Below are positions 24,213 to 36,842 of a stretch of DNA of 64,000 bases, in pieces. The position numbers were made by a program, and so were the translations under genes. The DNA is taken from positions 119,356,581 through 119,420,580 of the forward strand of contig NC_068984.1 in NCBI RefSeq assembly GCF_001194135.2, given 5' to 3'. The notes under the pieces were generated by a model. It worked only from the letters and a program-made list of their open reading frames with translations. It was not told the origin of the DNA and ran no database searches. Source of the stretch: Octopus bimaculoides. Lineage: Eukaryota. How positions within the stretch are numbered: position 1 is the stretch's first letter; each line of letters begins with the position of its first letter.

Positions 24213-24363
24213 CTGTGTTTCTTTTTGATATCAGAGAAGACAAGAATGTCATCAGCATCGAGTTGGTGGCGGTAGCGTAATAAGGAACCTGCACAGGCAT
24301 TCACTAAACCTTCATCAGCAACATGAGAAAATACAAAACCTTCAGCACGAATAAAGTCTGCAC
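24213..24363 (-). CDS. Internal exon of BtpA/SgcQ-family protein
   Basis: Acceptor TTTGTCTTTTATAG|GT at 24365-24364 and GT donor at 24212. The 151-bp exon encodes (G)ADFIRAEGFVFSHVADEGLVNACAGSLLRYRHQLDADDILVFSDIKKKH(S). FIRAEGFVFSHVADEG and DIKKKHS are hallmark BtpA motifs. Confidence 0.94.
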
Positions 24364-24398
24364 CTATAAAAGACAAATGATAAACAACGCTGAGTGGA

Positions 24399-24429
<31 letters not shown>

Positions 24430-26807
24430 AGGAATGGTAAAGTACTCAACCAAATATGACTAATTAATGTTGTTACAAAATTTGGGTTTCCAAGATTCTT
24501 TTGTTTGTTGAACAATTCTGTTAATTTTGATTTTCCAGAAATTAGTAAATGAAGTCACTTAATTTTATTTATTACAGAGAAATTGTTTTAGTTGTTGGAG
24601 TGGCTGTGTGGTAAGTAGCTTGCTTACCAACCACATGGTTCCGGGTTCATTCCCACTGCGTATATATGTATATATATATGTATGTATGTATGTGTATATG
24701 TTTGTATGTCTGTGTTTGTCCCCCCCAACATCGCTTGACAACCGATGCTGGTGTGTTTATGTCCCCGTAACTTAGTGGTTCGGCAAAAGAGACCGATAGA
24801 ATAAGTACTAAGCATCCAAAGAATAAGTCCTGGGGTTGATTTGCTCGACTAAAGGCGGTGCTCTAGCATGGCCACAATCAAATGACTGAAACAAGTAAAA
24901 GAGTAAAAGAGCAAGTCTAAGTGCCACAGATGATCCAACTGATGATCAAAGATATTCCAATTGCAAACATTCTGCCCGTCTTTTAAGAAGACAAGGTGTG
25001 AGTTGAAGGAAATTTATCTGCTGATTTTAGCAGATCAAGCAACCACATGGAGTCTCTAATCATTGGCCCCAACTACAGATAGTAAAGAACAACTGTTTTA
25101 AGTCAAACAGTTAAAAACAAACAGAAACTGGAGAAAACAGTAACTGGAAAGATCAGGTGTTGTGCTGAATGGTCTCTCGTTCTCCCTATCTCACCCTCTA
25201 TATATATATATATATAGCTCTCCCTCTCTCCTTTATTCAGTCTTTCTCTCCCTCCTTCTATTCCTCTCATCTAACAAACAGATTCTAATACACTTTCTTT
25301 TCTATATTAAGGGACCAATAGAATAAGTACTAGGCTTACAAAGAATAAGTCCTGGGATCAATTTGTTCAACTAAAGGCAATGCTCCAGTATGGCCGCAGT
25401 CACACGACTGAAACAAATAAAAGAATATATATGTATATATATTTTTGTGTGTGTGTGTGTGTGTGAGTGTGTTTGTCCTTCACCACCATTTGACAACTGG
25501 TGTTAGTTCATTCACATCCCTGTCACTTAGCAAAATTGAGCACAAGAATAAGTATCAGGCTTAAAGATAAGCACTGGGGTCAATTTGATTGACTAAAGCC
25601 TTCAAGGTGGTACCCCAGCATGGCTGCAGTCCAATGACTGAAACAAGTATAAGATAAAAGATAAAAGAGAGATACATATTAGGTAAAACTATAATAGCAG
25701 CCAAATTTCCCTCAGTCACTCCTTAACATCTTCAGATTTACTATACTAGTTCCAGTATTTAATCCAAATCCAAATACATATTCACTGTTAATCTTTGCTA
25801 CTCTGTTCTTTGCCATCTCTTCCTCTCCCCACTATATGAACCTGACTCCATAAAGTTCTTCTTACCTCCTCATCATGTACAGTGTTGGTATCTACCCCCA
25901 CCCCACCCCCACCCCCACCCTCACAACCTATACTAAATACTTTATTCAATCATTTCCTCTCCAGTAGCTCATCTTCCTGTAACTCCCNNNNNNNNNNNNN
26001 NNNNNNNNNNNNNNNNNNNNNNNNNNNNNNNNNNNNNNNNNNNNNNNNNNNNNNNNNNNNNNNNNNNNNNNNNNNNNNNNNNNNNNNNNNNNNNNNNNNN
26101 NNNNNNNNNNNNNNNNNNNNNNNNNNNNNNNNNNNNNNNNNNNNNNNNNNNNNNNNNNNNNNNNNNNNNNNNNNNNNNNNNNNNNNNNNNNNNNNNNNNN
26201 NNNNNNNNNNNNNNNNNNNNNNNNNNNNNNNNNNNNNNNNNNNNNNNNNNNNNNNNNNNNNNNNNNNNNNNNNNNNNNNNNNNNNNNNNNNNNNNNNNNN
26301 NNNNNNNNNNNNNCATCATCATCACCACCATCATCACCATCACCACTACCATCGCTACCACCATCACCACCACCACCACCACCATCGTCCTTGAAAAAAA
26401 TACAGTAGATATCATTGCCAGGTGGTAGGAAGAGGTGACGAAGAAAGAAGACTGTGGTCCTCGTTGCACTTGATAATATCACAGTTGGGTAAATGAAGAT
26501 GATTAGGATGATTATTTATAACTTTTACTTTCAGAGCACGACATGTATAACATAACATGTATAATGTATAATAATATCAACACAAATGTGCACACACACT
26601 TTTCCTTTTTTTTTTTTCTTCTTTGTGTGCGTATGTGTGTGTGTGTGTGTGTGTGCGCGTGCAGTCCAATGATAGCTAAGCTGGCTGAAACTCCGAAGTT
26701 ACTGGCAACAGCATTCTTGTATAAGAATAACAAATTTGTACTCTACAGAAGTATAGAGTAACCTATCAAATTAGTGTAAAAGTGTTTCGATTGTAACTGA
26801 ACATAAA

Positions 26808-26845
<38 letters not shown>

Positions 26846-27315
26846 TATATATACATGTGTGTGTGTATTATGCAGACATGGACATGTGGTTAAGAAGTAC
26901 ACTTTGGAACCACATGGTTTTGGGTTCGGTTCAACTGCATGCTACTTTGGGTAAGTGCCTTCAACTATAATCCTATGCAAGTGAATTTGGTAGATAGAAA
27001 TTGTATGGAAGCTAGCCATATATGTACATATATGCTTACACATCTGTGTGTGAGTGTGTATGTGTATGTGATTGTGTGAGTACACACAATTATTCACATT
27101 TCACAATATTCTTTTCTATTCTAGGCACAAGGTCCGAAATTTTTGGAGAGGGGGGGGCAGTTGATTAGATCAACCCAATATGCAACTGGTACTTAATTTA
27201 TTGACTCCGAAAGGATGAATGGCAAAGTCGATCTCGGTGGAATTTGAACCCAGAACGTAAAAGATGAAATACTGCTAAGTATTTTGCCCAGTGTGTTAAC
27301 GTTTCTGCCTGCTCG

Positions 27316-27441
27316 CAGGTGAGCAAAACATTCCTTGTTGACCTTTGACATTATTCCCAGTTGCTCAGTGTTTTTTGCTCTTTGTGAGTGGATCTGGTAG
27401 ACGGAAGTCAAAGAAGCCCATTGTGTGTGTGTGTGTGTGTA

Positions 27442-27516
<75 letters not shown>

Positions 27517-28155
27517 TCATCATCATCATCATCATCATCATTTAATGTCTGCTTTCCATGCTAGCATGGGTTGGATGATTTGACTTAGGACTGGCGAACC
27601 AGATGGCTGCACCAGGCTCAGATCTGATCTGGTTGAGTTTCTACAGTTGGATGCCCTTCTTAACGCCAACCACTCTGAGAGTGTATTGGGTGCTTTTACG
27701 TGCCACTGGCATGAGGGCCAGTCAGGTAGGACTGGCAACGGTCACGCTCAAATGGTGTTTTTTACATGCCACTTGCACAGGAGCCAGTCCAGCAGCAGTG
27801 GTAACAACCTCGCTCGAATGTTTCTTCATGTGCCTCCGGCANNNNNNNNNNAGGAGCCAGTCCAGCAGCAGTGGTAACAACCTCGCTCGAATGTTTCTTC
27901 ATGTGCCTCCGGCACAAGTGCCAGTAAGGCAACGCTGGTAACGATCACGCTCAAATGGTGCTTTTTACATGTCACCAGCATGGAAGCCAGACAGCTGCTC
28001 TGGCAATGATCACGCTTAGATGGTGCTGATAGCGCTCCACTGGCACGGGTGCCAGTTACTGAATTTGGTTCGATTTTGATTTCACTTGCCCCAACAGGTG
28101 AGCAAAACATTCCTTGTTGACCTTTGACATTATTCCCAGTTGCTCAGTGTTTTTT
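27316..28155 (-). mobile_element. Retro-duplicated RTE 3'-UTR segment with 3' flank, bounded by a perfect 61-bp direct repeat
   Basis: 27316-27376 is identical to 28095-28155. The insert 27379-28099 matches 41527-42139 at about 98% outside the microsatellites. Confidence 0.8.
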
Positions 28156-28696
28156 AAGCCCCATGGAAATAAGAAGAAACTCCTTATTTGAAAAGCCTGT
28201 CCATCAGCCCAAGCTAAAATGGACATTAAATATACAAGAATCGTCATATATATATATATATATATGACCATCATCATTTAACATCTTTTCTGTGCTGGTA
28301 TGGGTTATATATACATGAATCCCATGGTCATTCATAACCTTTGTGGTTATGAATGACCATGGGATTGCACCTAGAAATTTCCCTTCTGAGGCACTAGTCC
28401 AGGCAAGGTTGTTAATAGAAGACCAGCAGTTGCTCGTGCATACCAGCCTCCCCTCCACCGATATTATCCAAGGGAAAGGCAAAGACCAATACAGCTTGAC
28501 ACCAGCAACATTGCAACTCATTTCTACAGCTGAGTGAACTGGAGCAACATGAAATAAGATGCCTTGCTCAAGAATACAACACACAGCCCAGTCCGAGAAC
28601 TGAACTTTTTATCTTCTGATTGTAACTCTGATACTCTAACCATGGAGCCATGCACCTTCTATACACACACACACACATGTATATATACATATAGAT

Positions 28697-28735
<39 letters not shown>

Positions 28736-29418
28736 TATGCATATGTATGAATAATTTTTATATGTGAGCATTTTTTCTGTATTAAACATGAATTTCCTAC
28801 CAGGCCATTTGTTTCAAATACCTTTATGCTCTGGTGAGAATAATTCCAGTCTTCAATGCAGTATGCATATCAGCTGATTCCATTCTTTTGATGTTTAGAT
28901 ATCATGTCACATGGCCTCATGCTTAAATGACTCCAAGTATAAATAGGAATCAATAGTTTGTATGTATAAACACCAGTTTCCAATTGGTTGCCCACAGACA
29001 TTTTAGTTCTCATTTACGTTAGAAATATTTGTTTGCTAGACAACTAGTCTTTCATTCTGTTATTCTTTTGCTTGCTTCAATTATTGGTGTGCAGCTATGC
29101 TATGGCACCAATTTGAAAGATTTAACCCATTGCCAGTCTTTTATATCATATGTGATACTGATACGCAAGAGGAATTTTCCTGGTGTCCATTTTGTTTTTT
29201 TCAACCATCACAGCAACTAGGGACTTATGAAAGGAGCAGGCTTGGCATAAAGTGCAGTTGTGGCTGTGTGGTAAGAAGTTTGCTTCCCAACCATATGGTG
29301 CCAGGTTCAGATCCACTGTGTGACACCTAGGGCAAGTTCCTCCTACTATATAGCTTTGAGCTCACAAAACCTTGTGAGTAGATTTAGTAGATGGAAACTG
29401 AAAGAAGCCCATTGTGTG

Positions 29419-29457
<39 letters not shown>

Positions 29458-30830
29458 NNNNNNNNNNNNNNNNNNNNNNNNNNNNNNNNNNNNNNNNNNN
29501 NNNNNNNNNNNNNNNNNNNNNNNNNNNNNNNNNNNNNNNNNNNNNNNNNNNNNNNNNNNNNNNNNNNNNNNNNNNNNNNNNNNNNNNNNNNNNNNNNNNN
29601 NNNNNNNNNNNNNNNNNNNNNNNNNNNNNNNNNNNNNNNNNNNNNNNNNNNNNNNNNNNNNNNNNNNNNNNNNNNNNNNNNNNNNNNNNNNNNNNNNNNN
29701 NNNNNNNNNNNNNNNNNNNNNNNNNNNNNNNNNNNNNNNNNNNNNNNNNNNNNNNNNNNNNNNNNNNNNNNNNNNNNNNNNNNNNNNNNNNNNNNNNNNN
29801 NNNNNNNNNNNNNNNNNNNNNNNNNNNNNNNNNNNNNNNNNNNNNNNNNNNNNNNNNNNNNNNNNNNNNNNNNNNNNNNNNNNNNNNNNNNNNNNGTATA
29901 TGTATGTATATGTGTGTGTTTTTATGTCTGTCCCCCACCAGTGTCTGACAACCTGTGCTGATGTGTTTACATCCCCTGTAACTTAGTGGTTTTGCATAAA
30001 GAGACCAATACAATAAATACCAGGCTTAAAAAAAGTACTGGGGTTGATCATTCAGCTAAAAAATTCTTCAAGGCAGCGCTCCAGCATGGATGCAGTCTAA
30101 TGATTGAAACAAGTAAAAGATAAAAGATATTACTCAGAAAGTATGAAACAAGGGCAAACTAAAAGTTTGAAAACAAATACAACTACGGATGTTTAAGACA
30201 AACTTATGAAAATGCTTTGGACAAGCAAAGGGTTAATCAATCGTATCAACCCCAGTACATATTTTAAGTCTGTCCTTTGTTTTATCAGTCTCTTTTTATC
30301 AAACTGCTAGGTTATAGGGTTGTGAATAAATCAAAATTGTTGTCAAGCAGTGAGACATGAACACAAATACACTTATATATACAAAGCTATGTTAGTATAT
30401 ACATAGTGAGTTCAAACAAGAAAAACGACAAGAAAAAACAACAAAAACAACAACGCGAGGACGTGATACAGATATTGTGTTANNNNNNNNNNAAATTTAG
30501 GATTTCTCGGTTTTCTGTGAATTGATTTTGATAAAACTTTTCACAGCTGGTTTGCACACTACGGCAATGCCATTGCTATGTTTTCATTATTCTGTGTAAC
30601 ATCCTTTCTTTTTTTTATTTCAGATTCTTCAGTTTTTGGGTGAACCACACTAATAGCTTTTGAATGAAAATAGCCCCTCTAGACATTTTTTTTTTTCAGA
30701 AAATGAAGGGTAATGATACATATTAAGCGTACATTGAGTATATATTTAACAGAAAACCCAAATATTCTTTTATTCTTTTATGTGTTTCAGTCATGTGGGT
30801 GTGGTCATGCTGGAGCACCATATATATATA

Positions 30831-31010
30831 GTAAAGTTACCTATTTATTTTTTTAAATTTATGATTACCTAAAAAGCTCTGTAGCGGCTCCTATTTCAGG
30901 ATCAATAATTTTGGTTAGAGCTTTATTAAAGTTAGGAGGTTATGGAGTTATATGTTTTATAATTTATAAAGTTTATCAAATGTATTTGAATATATTTACT
31001 ATTTATCTAC
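30831..31010 (+). pseudogene. ND4: NUMT: mitochondrial ND4 fragment
   Basis: With the invertebrate mitochondrial code and small indels it reads VKLPIYFF.LWLPK(AH)VAAPISGSMILVSALLKLGGYGVMCFM. This matches the conserved ND4 motif HLWLPKAHVEAPxxGSMxLAxxLLKLGGYG. Confidence 0.85.
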
Positions 31011-31102
31011 AAATAGCCTGTCACAGTAGTTTGATAAATATATATGTGGCTTGTGTGTATATGTGTGTGTGTGTATGTACATATACAAACATGCATAGAT
31101 AC

Positions 31103-31133
<31 letters not shown>

Positions 31134-31365
31134 TGTATGTATGTATGTATGTATGTATGTATGTATGTGTGTATGTATGTCTGAATGCATGCATACATGT
31201 ATGCATTTATGTATACATCGGTAACATCATCTACTAAACGGAAATACAAGTTAACTGTAACTTCAAAGTTTCACTGGTTATGTATGCATGAGGTAGAAAA
31301 ATTGAAATTTAAACTTCACCTGAATTTCTCATGCATACAAAAAGAGAAAGAGAAAGCAAAAAAGT

Positions 31366-31399
<34 letters not shown>

Positions 31400-32481
31400 N
31401 NNNNNNNNNNNNNNNNNNNNNNNNNNNNNNNNNNNNNNNNNNNNNNNNNNNNNNNNNNNNNNNNNNNNNNNNNNNNNNNNNNNNNNNNNNNNNNNNNNNN
31501 NNNNNNNNNNNNNNNNNNNNNNNNNNNNNNNNNNNNNNNNNNNNNNNNNNNNNNNNNNNNNNNNNNNNNNNNNNNNNNNNNNNNNNNNNNNNNNNNNNNN
31601 NNNNNNNNNNNNNNNNNNNNNNNNNNNNNNNNNNNNNNNNNNNNNNNNNNNNNNNNNNNNNNNNNNNNNNNNNNNNNNNNNNNNNNNNNNNNNNNNNNNN
31701 NNNNNNNNNNNNNNNNNNNNNNNNNNNNNNNNNNNNNNNNNNNNNNNNNNNNNNNNNNNNNNNNNNNNNNNNNNNNNNNNNNNNNNNNNNNNNNNNNNNN
31801 NNNNNNNNNNNNNNNNNNNNNNNNNNNNNNNNNNNNNNNNNNNNNNNNNNNNNNNNNNNNNNNNNNNNNNNNNNNNNNNNNNNNNNNNNNNNNNNNNNNN
31901 NNNNNNNNNNNNNNNNNNNNNNNNNNNNNNNNNNNNNNNNNNNNNNNNNNNNNNNNNNNNNNNNNNNNNNNNNNNNNNNNNNNNNNNNNNNNNNNNNNNN
32001 NNNNNNNNNNNNNNNNNNNNNNNNNNNNNNNNNNNNNNNNNNNNNNNNNNNNNNNNNNNNNNNNNNNNNNNNNNNNNNNNNNNNNNNNNNNNNNNNNNNN
32101 NNNNNNNNNNNNNNNNNNNNNNNNNNNNNNNNNNNNNNNNNNNNNNNNNNNNNNNNNNNCAACATGATGTGAGGAAAAGGAAAGCAGATTCAAGCGGAAA
32201 ATAGTGGGTGGATGGGTAGATGGGTGGGCCAAGGGGGTTTCTGCCATATTCTTCTTCCAAGACTGTGAAACTGCTTTAATATATTTATCTAGTTTTTATG
32301 ACTATGCTGGAGCACCACCTCAAGGGACATAGTTGAACAAATCAACCCCAGTACTTTTTTTTTTTGTCAAAATTTGATACTTATTCTATCAGTCTCTTTT
32401 GCCAAACTGGTAGGTTACAGGTATGTAAACAGACAAAACACCAGTTGTCAAGCAGTTGGTGAGGGACAGACAGACAGACAG

Positions 32482-32514
<33 letters not shown>

Positions 32515-32928
32515 TATAAAAAAGGTAAAGACCCCCTTTGGTCATGAATGATCATGGGATTGCACCTAGAAAGTTCCCCTCCGAGACACAAGTCCGGGCA
32601 AGCTTGTTTATAGAAGACCATGCCCATATACATACCAGCCTCTCCTCTCCATGTCCCCAGTGTTATCCAAGGGAAAGACAAAGGCTGATACAGCCTGACA
32701 CCAGTGTCATTGCAACTCATTTCTACAGCTGAGAGAACTTGCGCAACACACAGCCTGATCTGGGAATCAAATTCACTACCCCATGATTGTGATCCTGATG
32801 CTCTAACTACTGAGCCATGTGCCTTCATTTATTCAATAACAGTTTAATTCAGCTGTATGCAACTTAAAGTTTTGTGTAACTCCTACCAGCTATGTTGAGT
32901 GCTACTTTCTTTTATTGGTCCACTGACT

Positions 32929-32972
<44 letters not shown>

Positions 32973-33006
32973 AATGTAAATATGAACATAAAAAAATAAA
33001 TAAATA

Positions 33007-33256
33007 AATGCGCCCTTTTAAAGCCTAGCCAGGCTCATGGGCCCGGTTTCCCAGTTTCAATGGCGTATGTGTTCCTCAGCTGGACGGGACGCCAGTCCAT
33101 CACAGCGTTACTCATTTTTGCCAGCTGAGTGGACTGAAGCAATGTGAAATGAAGTGTTTTGCTCAAGAACACAATGCGTCGCCCGGTCCAGGAATCGAAA
33201 CCACAATCTTAAGATCATGATGCTGATGCCCTAACCACTAAGCCACGTGCCTCCAC
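33007..33256 (-). mobile_element. tRNA-derived SINE: CORE-like domain plus V-domain-like segment
   Basis: Head GTGGAGGCACGTGGCTTAGTGGTTAGGGC, B box GGTTTCGATTCC, then GTGATGGACTGGCGTCCCGTCCAGCTG and a tail shared with 62680-62788. Confidence 0.75.
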
Positions 33257-33689
33257 AAATATAGATATAGATATATATTAGAAGAAGAGAATCAAATGAA
33301 ATTTGTTGAGGTAAATTTTTTTTATGGTTGGATGCTCTTCCTGTTGCCAACCTTCATCTATTTCCACAAAGTAAGATTTCTCCTAATCCTTTGAACACAA
33401 ACAGCACAATGTTTCCATGGAAGATTACAAAGAAATTACACTGTTTCTAACAATTACCATATGTCACGAACCCATGAACACATACACACTCATACATGTA
33501 TAGCTGCTATTGTTGTCATGTTGTCATCACATTGTCAGCATCATCTACATGCCTGCACCTATAAAAATTACTAAATGTGACTTAAGGTAAATAGTCCTCA
33601 TTTTCAGTATATAATGTTTAGTCTCCATCTTATAATAATTTTGCTTGTCATTGCGTTACTTAGCCTGTCGGTAATGCTTTCATGTGATT

Positions 33690-33890
33690 AGAGAAAAAGA
33701 GGGAGAGAGAAAAGAGGGAGAGAGAAAAGAGGGAGAGAGAAAAGAGGGAGAGAGAAAAAAGGGAGAGAGAAAAGAGGGAGAGAGAAAAGAGGGAGAGAGA
33801 AAAGAGGGAGAGAGAAAAAGGGAGAGAGAAAAGAGGGAGAGAGAAAAGAGGGAGAGAGAAAAGAGGGAGAGAGAAAAGAGGGAGAGAGAA
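33690..33890. repeat. 15-bp polypurine minisatellite (AGAGGGAGAGAGAAA)n
   Basis: About 13 tandem units visible directly. Confidence 0.9.
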
Positions 33891-34512
33891 GCGTCCATGA
33901 CGTGAGATAGAGGGAATGTAATTGTAACACTTTCACATGATTAGCTGAAGGGAAAGAGAGAGAGTAAAAGGGAGAAAGAAAAGGAGAAAAAGAGGATAAG
34001 GCGAAGAGACAGAAAGAAAGAGGAAGAAAAAGAGGGAGAGAGAAGTGTCCATGATGTGAAGTATTGGGGGACATAGTATTTATTACATGGTTAAAAAAGT
34101 TAGTTGAAAGTAATAGAGTTAAAAATATAATTTTAGCATAGGGGTGATGTGCTGATGGTGAGGTTAAAGAAAGGCAGAGAGAGGGGAGAGAGAGGGGAGA
34201 GAGATGGTGGTGGAGATGGAGGTAGTGGTGGTGGTGAGTGAATAGTGAAAAGTATATTCTTTTTGATTGAACTAAGTTTTTCATATCACCTGTCACTTAA
34301 TGCATGTGCATAAGTGCAATTCTGTGAAATATTCACGCTTATTTATGTGACAGATATATGCAATTTAACTAAAGTTTGTATCATAGGTATGGGGTATTTT
34401 TGGGGTGGGGGTGGGGGGTTTATGGGGGAAAATGGATAAGTTAAAGTGAATATTTATTTTATGAGTGCTGTGTATAAAGTCTATAAACGTATGCATAAAG
34501 TATATAAAGTGG

Positions 34513-34897
34513 CAGGAGCGGCTGTGTGGTAAGTAGCTTGCTTACCGACCACATGGTTCCGGGTTCAGTCCCACTGCGTGGCACCTTGGGCAAGTGTCTT
34601 CAACTATAGCCTCGGGCCGACCAAAGCCTTGTGAGTGGATTTGGTAGACGGAAACTGAAAGAAGCCTGTCGTATATATGTATATGTATATATATGTGTGT
34701 CTGTGTTTGTCCCCCCACCATCGCTTGACAACCGATGCTGGTGTGTTTATGTCCCCGTAACTTAGCGGTTCGGCAAAAAGAGACCGATAGAATAAGTACT
34801 GGGTTTACAGGGAATAAGTCCTGGGGTTCATTTTCTCGACTAAAGGCGGTGCTCCAGCATGGCCGCAGTCAAATGACTGAAACAAGTAGAAGAGTAA
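34513..34897 (+). mobile_element. Dominant tRNA-derived SINE family (~400 bp, internal (TA/TG)n), near full-length copy
   Basis: GGCTGTGTGGTAAG..GGTTCAGTCCC head and GGCCGCAGTCAAATGACTGAAACAAG tail. Other copies lie at ~19750-20100(-), 21850-22192(-), 24597-24910(+), 29263-30125(+), 35122-35843(-), 36070-36450(+), 42541-42952(+), 46385-46800(-), 47090-47317(-), 47610-47915(+), 50405-50790(-) and 60095-60450(-). Confidence 0.85.
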
Positions 34898-36226
34898 TAA
34901 AGTGTATTAAGAAATCATCATATTCAAATTTCTTTCACTTTTCAATAAGTAGCAGACAAGCAACTATCTTTCCATATAGGCACATCGCAGGTTACACTTT
35001 CAGGTTTTTTTGGATAAAGTTTTCAAAAATAACCAAATAGCTTTACCATTAATTCCATGAAATATTCACAGATCCCACTAGTTGTTCACTAATTCTGCTA
35101 ACTTGCTACCCTTCAGTTACTCTTTTACTTGTTTCAGTCATCTGACTGCGGCCATGCTGGAGCACCGCCTTTAGTCGAGCAAATAGACCCCAGGACTTAT
35201 TCTTTGTAAGCCTAGTACTTATTCTATCGGTCTCTTTTGCCGAACCGCTAAGTTACAGGGACGTAAACACACCACCATTGGTTGTCAAGCGATGTTGGGG
35301 GGACAAACACAGACACACAAACACACACATATATACAACGGGCTTCTTTCAGTTTCCGTCTACCAAATCTACTCATAAGGCTTTGGTCAGCCCAAGGCTA
35401 TAGTAGAAGACACTTGCCCAAGGTGCCACGCAGTGGGACTGAATCCGGAACTATGTGGTTGGTAAGCAAGCTACTTACNNNNNNNNNNCTGACTGCGGCC
35501 ATGCTGGAGCACCGCCTTTAGTCGAGCAAATAGACCCCAGGACTTATTCTTTGTAAGCCTAGTACTTATTCTATCGGTCTCTTTTGCCGAACCGCTAAGT
35601 TACAGGGACGTAAACACACCACCATTGGTTGTCAAGCGATGTTGGGGGGACAAACACAGACACACAAACACACACATATATACAACGGGCTTCTTTCAGT
35701 TTCCGTCTACCAAATCTACTCATAAGGCTTTGGTCAGCCCAAGGCTATAGTAGAAGACACTTGCCCAAGGTGCCACGCAGTGGGACTGAATCCGGAACTA
35801 TGTGGTTGGTAAGCAAGCTACTTACCACACAGCCACTCTTGCGCCTATGTTATGCATTATATCAAAGTAAAAATTAAAGTATGTCAATAACTCTGAAGAA
35901 ACAGTTATTATGTCACCATCAAAGACTGACTTTATTTTCACATGATATATTGGAGATAAATCACAAGGCATTATGCAGCTCTCTCTTTCTCTCAAGGCCA
36001 GGCTCATGAGAATGTCAGGATTACCAAAAATATGAAATATAAGGAATGAAATGGCTTGACATGCTTGAAACTTGTTAAAAAGTTTGCTTCCCAATCACAA
36101 GACTCTGGGTTCTGTCCCACTGCATGGCACTTTGAGCAAATGTCTTCTGCTATAGCTTTGGGCTGACCTAAAGCCTTGTGAGTGGATTTGGTAGACAGAA
36201 ACTGAAAGAAGCCCGTTGTATCTATA

Positions 36227-36263
<37 letters not shown>

Positions 36264-36842
36264 CTCATCCCACCACTTGACAACTGGTGTTGGTGTGTTT
36301 ACATCCCTGTAACTTAGCAATTTGGCAATGCAGGCTTTACAAAAAATAATAAGTACTGAGGTCAATTCGGTTAACTAAATTTCTTCAAAGTGGTGCCCCA
36401 GCATGGCCACAATCTAATGACCGAATTGAGTAAAAGATAAAAGATAACAGGTAAATCAGGTGCAGTCATGACTCTATGGTAAGAAGCATGCTTCCTGACC
36501 ACATGGTTCTGGGTCCAGTCCCATTGTGTGGCATCTTGGGTAAGCATCTGCTATAGCCTATGTGAATGGACTTGGTAGTTGGAAACTGAAATAACCCTGT
36601 TTTATATTTGTGTGTCTTCTACCTGACTGACTGCTGTCAAACTATCCAACCCATGCCAGCATTGAAGGTGGATGTTAAATGATGATGATGATGATGATGA
36701 TGATGATACACATATGTATACACATACCCCATTGTGTACATGTTTGTGTGTGTATGTATATATATATATATAGAAGTAATTGTCCCTTTGCTATCACCAC
36801 TAGATAAGAAACAATAAAATCTGAGACAGTTAAAACTTTTGT

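Noticed and set aside
26512-26761. Hydrophobic-looking ORFs (NAVASNFGVSASLAIIG) as a membrane-protein exon
   Set aside because: They are short, run into a (CA)n tract, and have no convincing splice sites or recognisable motif.
27780-27913. 62-bp tandem duplication around a 10-N gap inside the retro-duplicated segment
   Set aside because: The paralogue at 41890-41955 has one copy, so this is an assembly overlap.
35143-35826. Identical ~335-bp tandem SINE duplication on either side of a 10-N gap
   Set aside because: 100% identity across a placeholder gap indicates an unmerged contig overlap, not a biological duplication.
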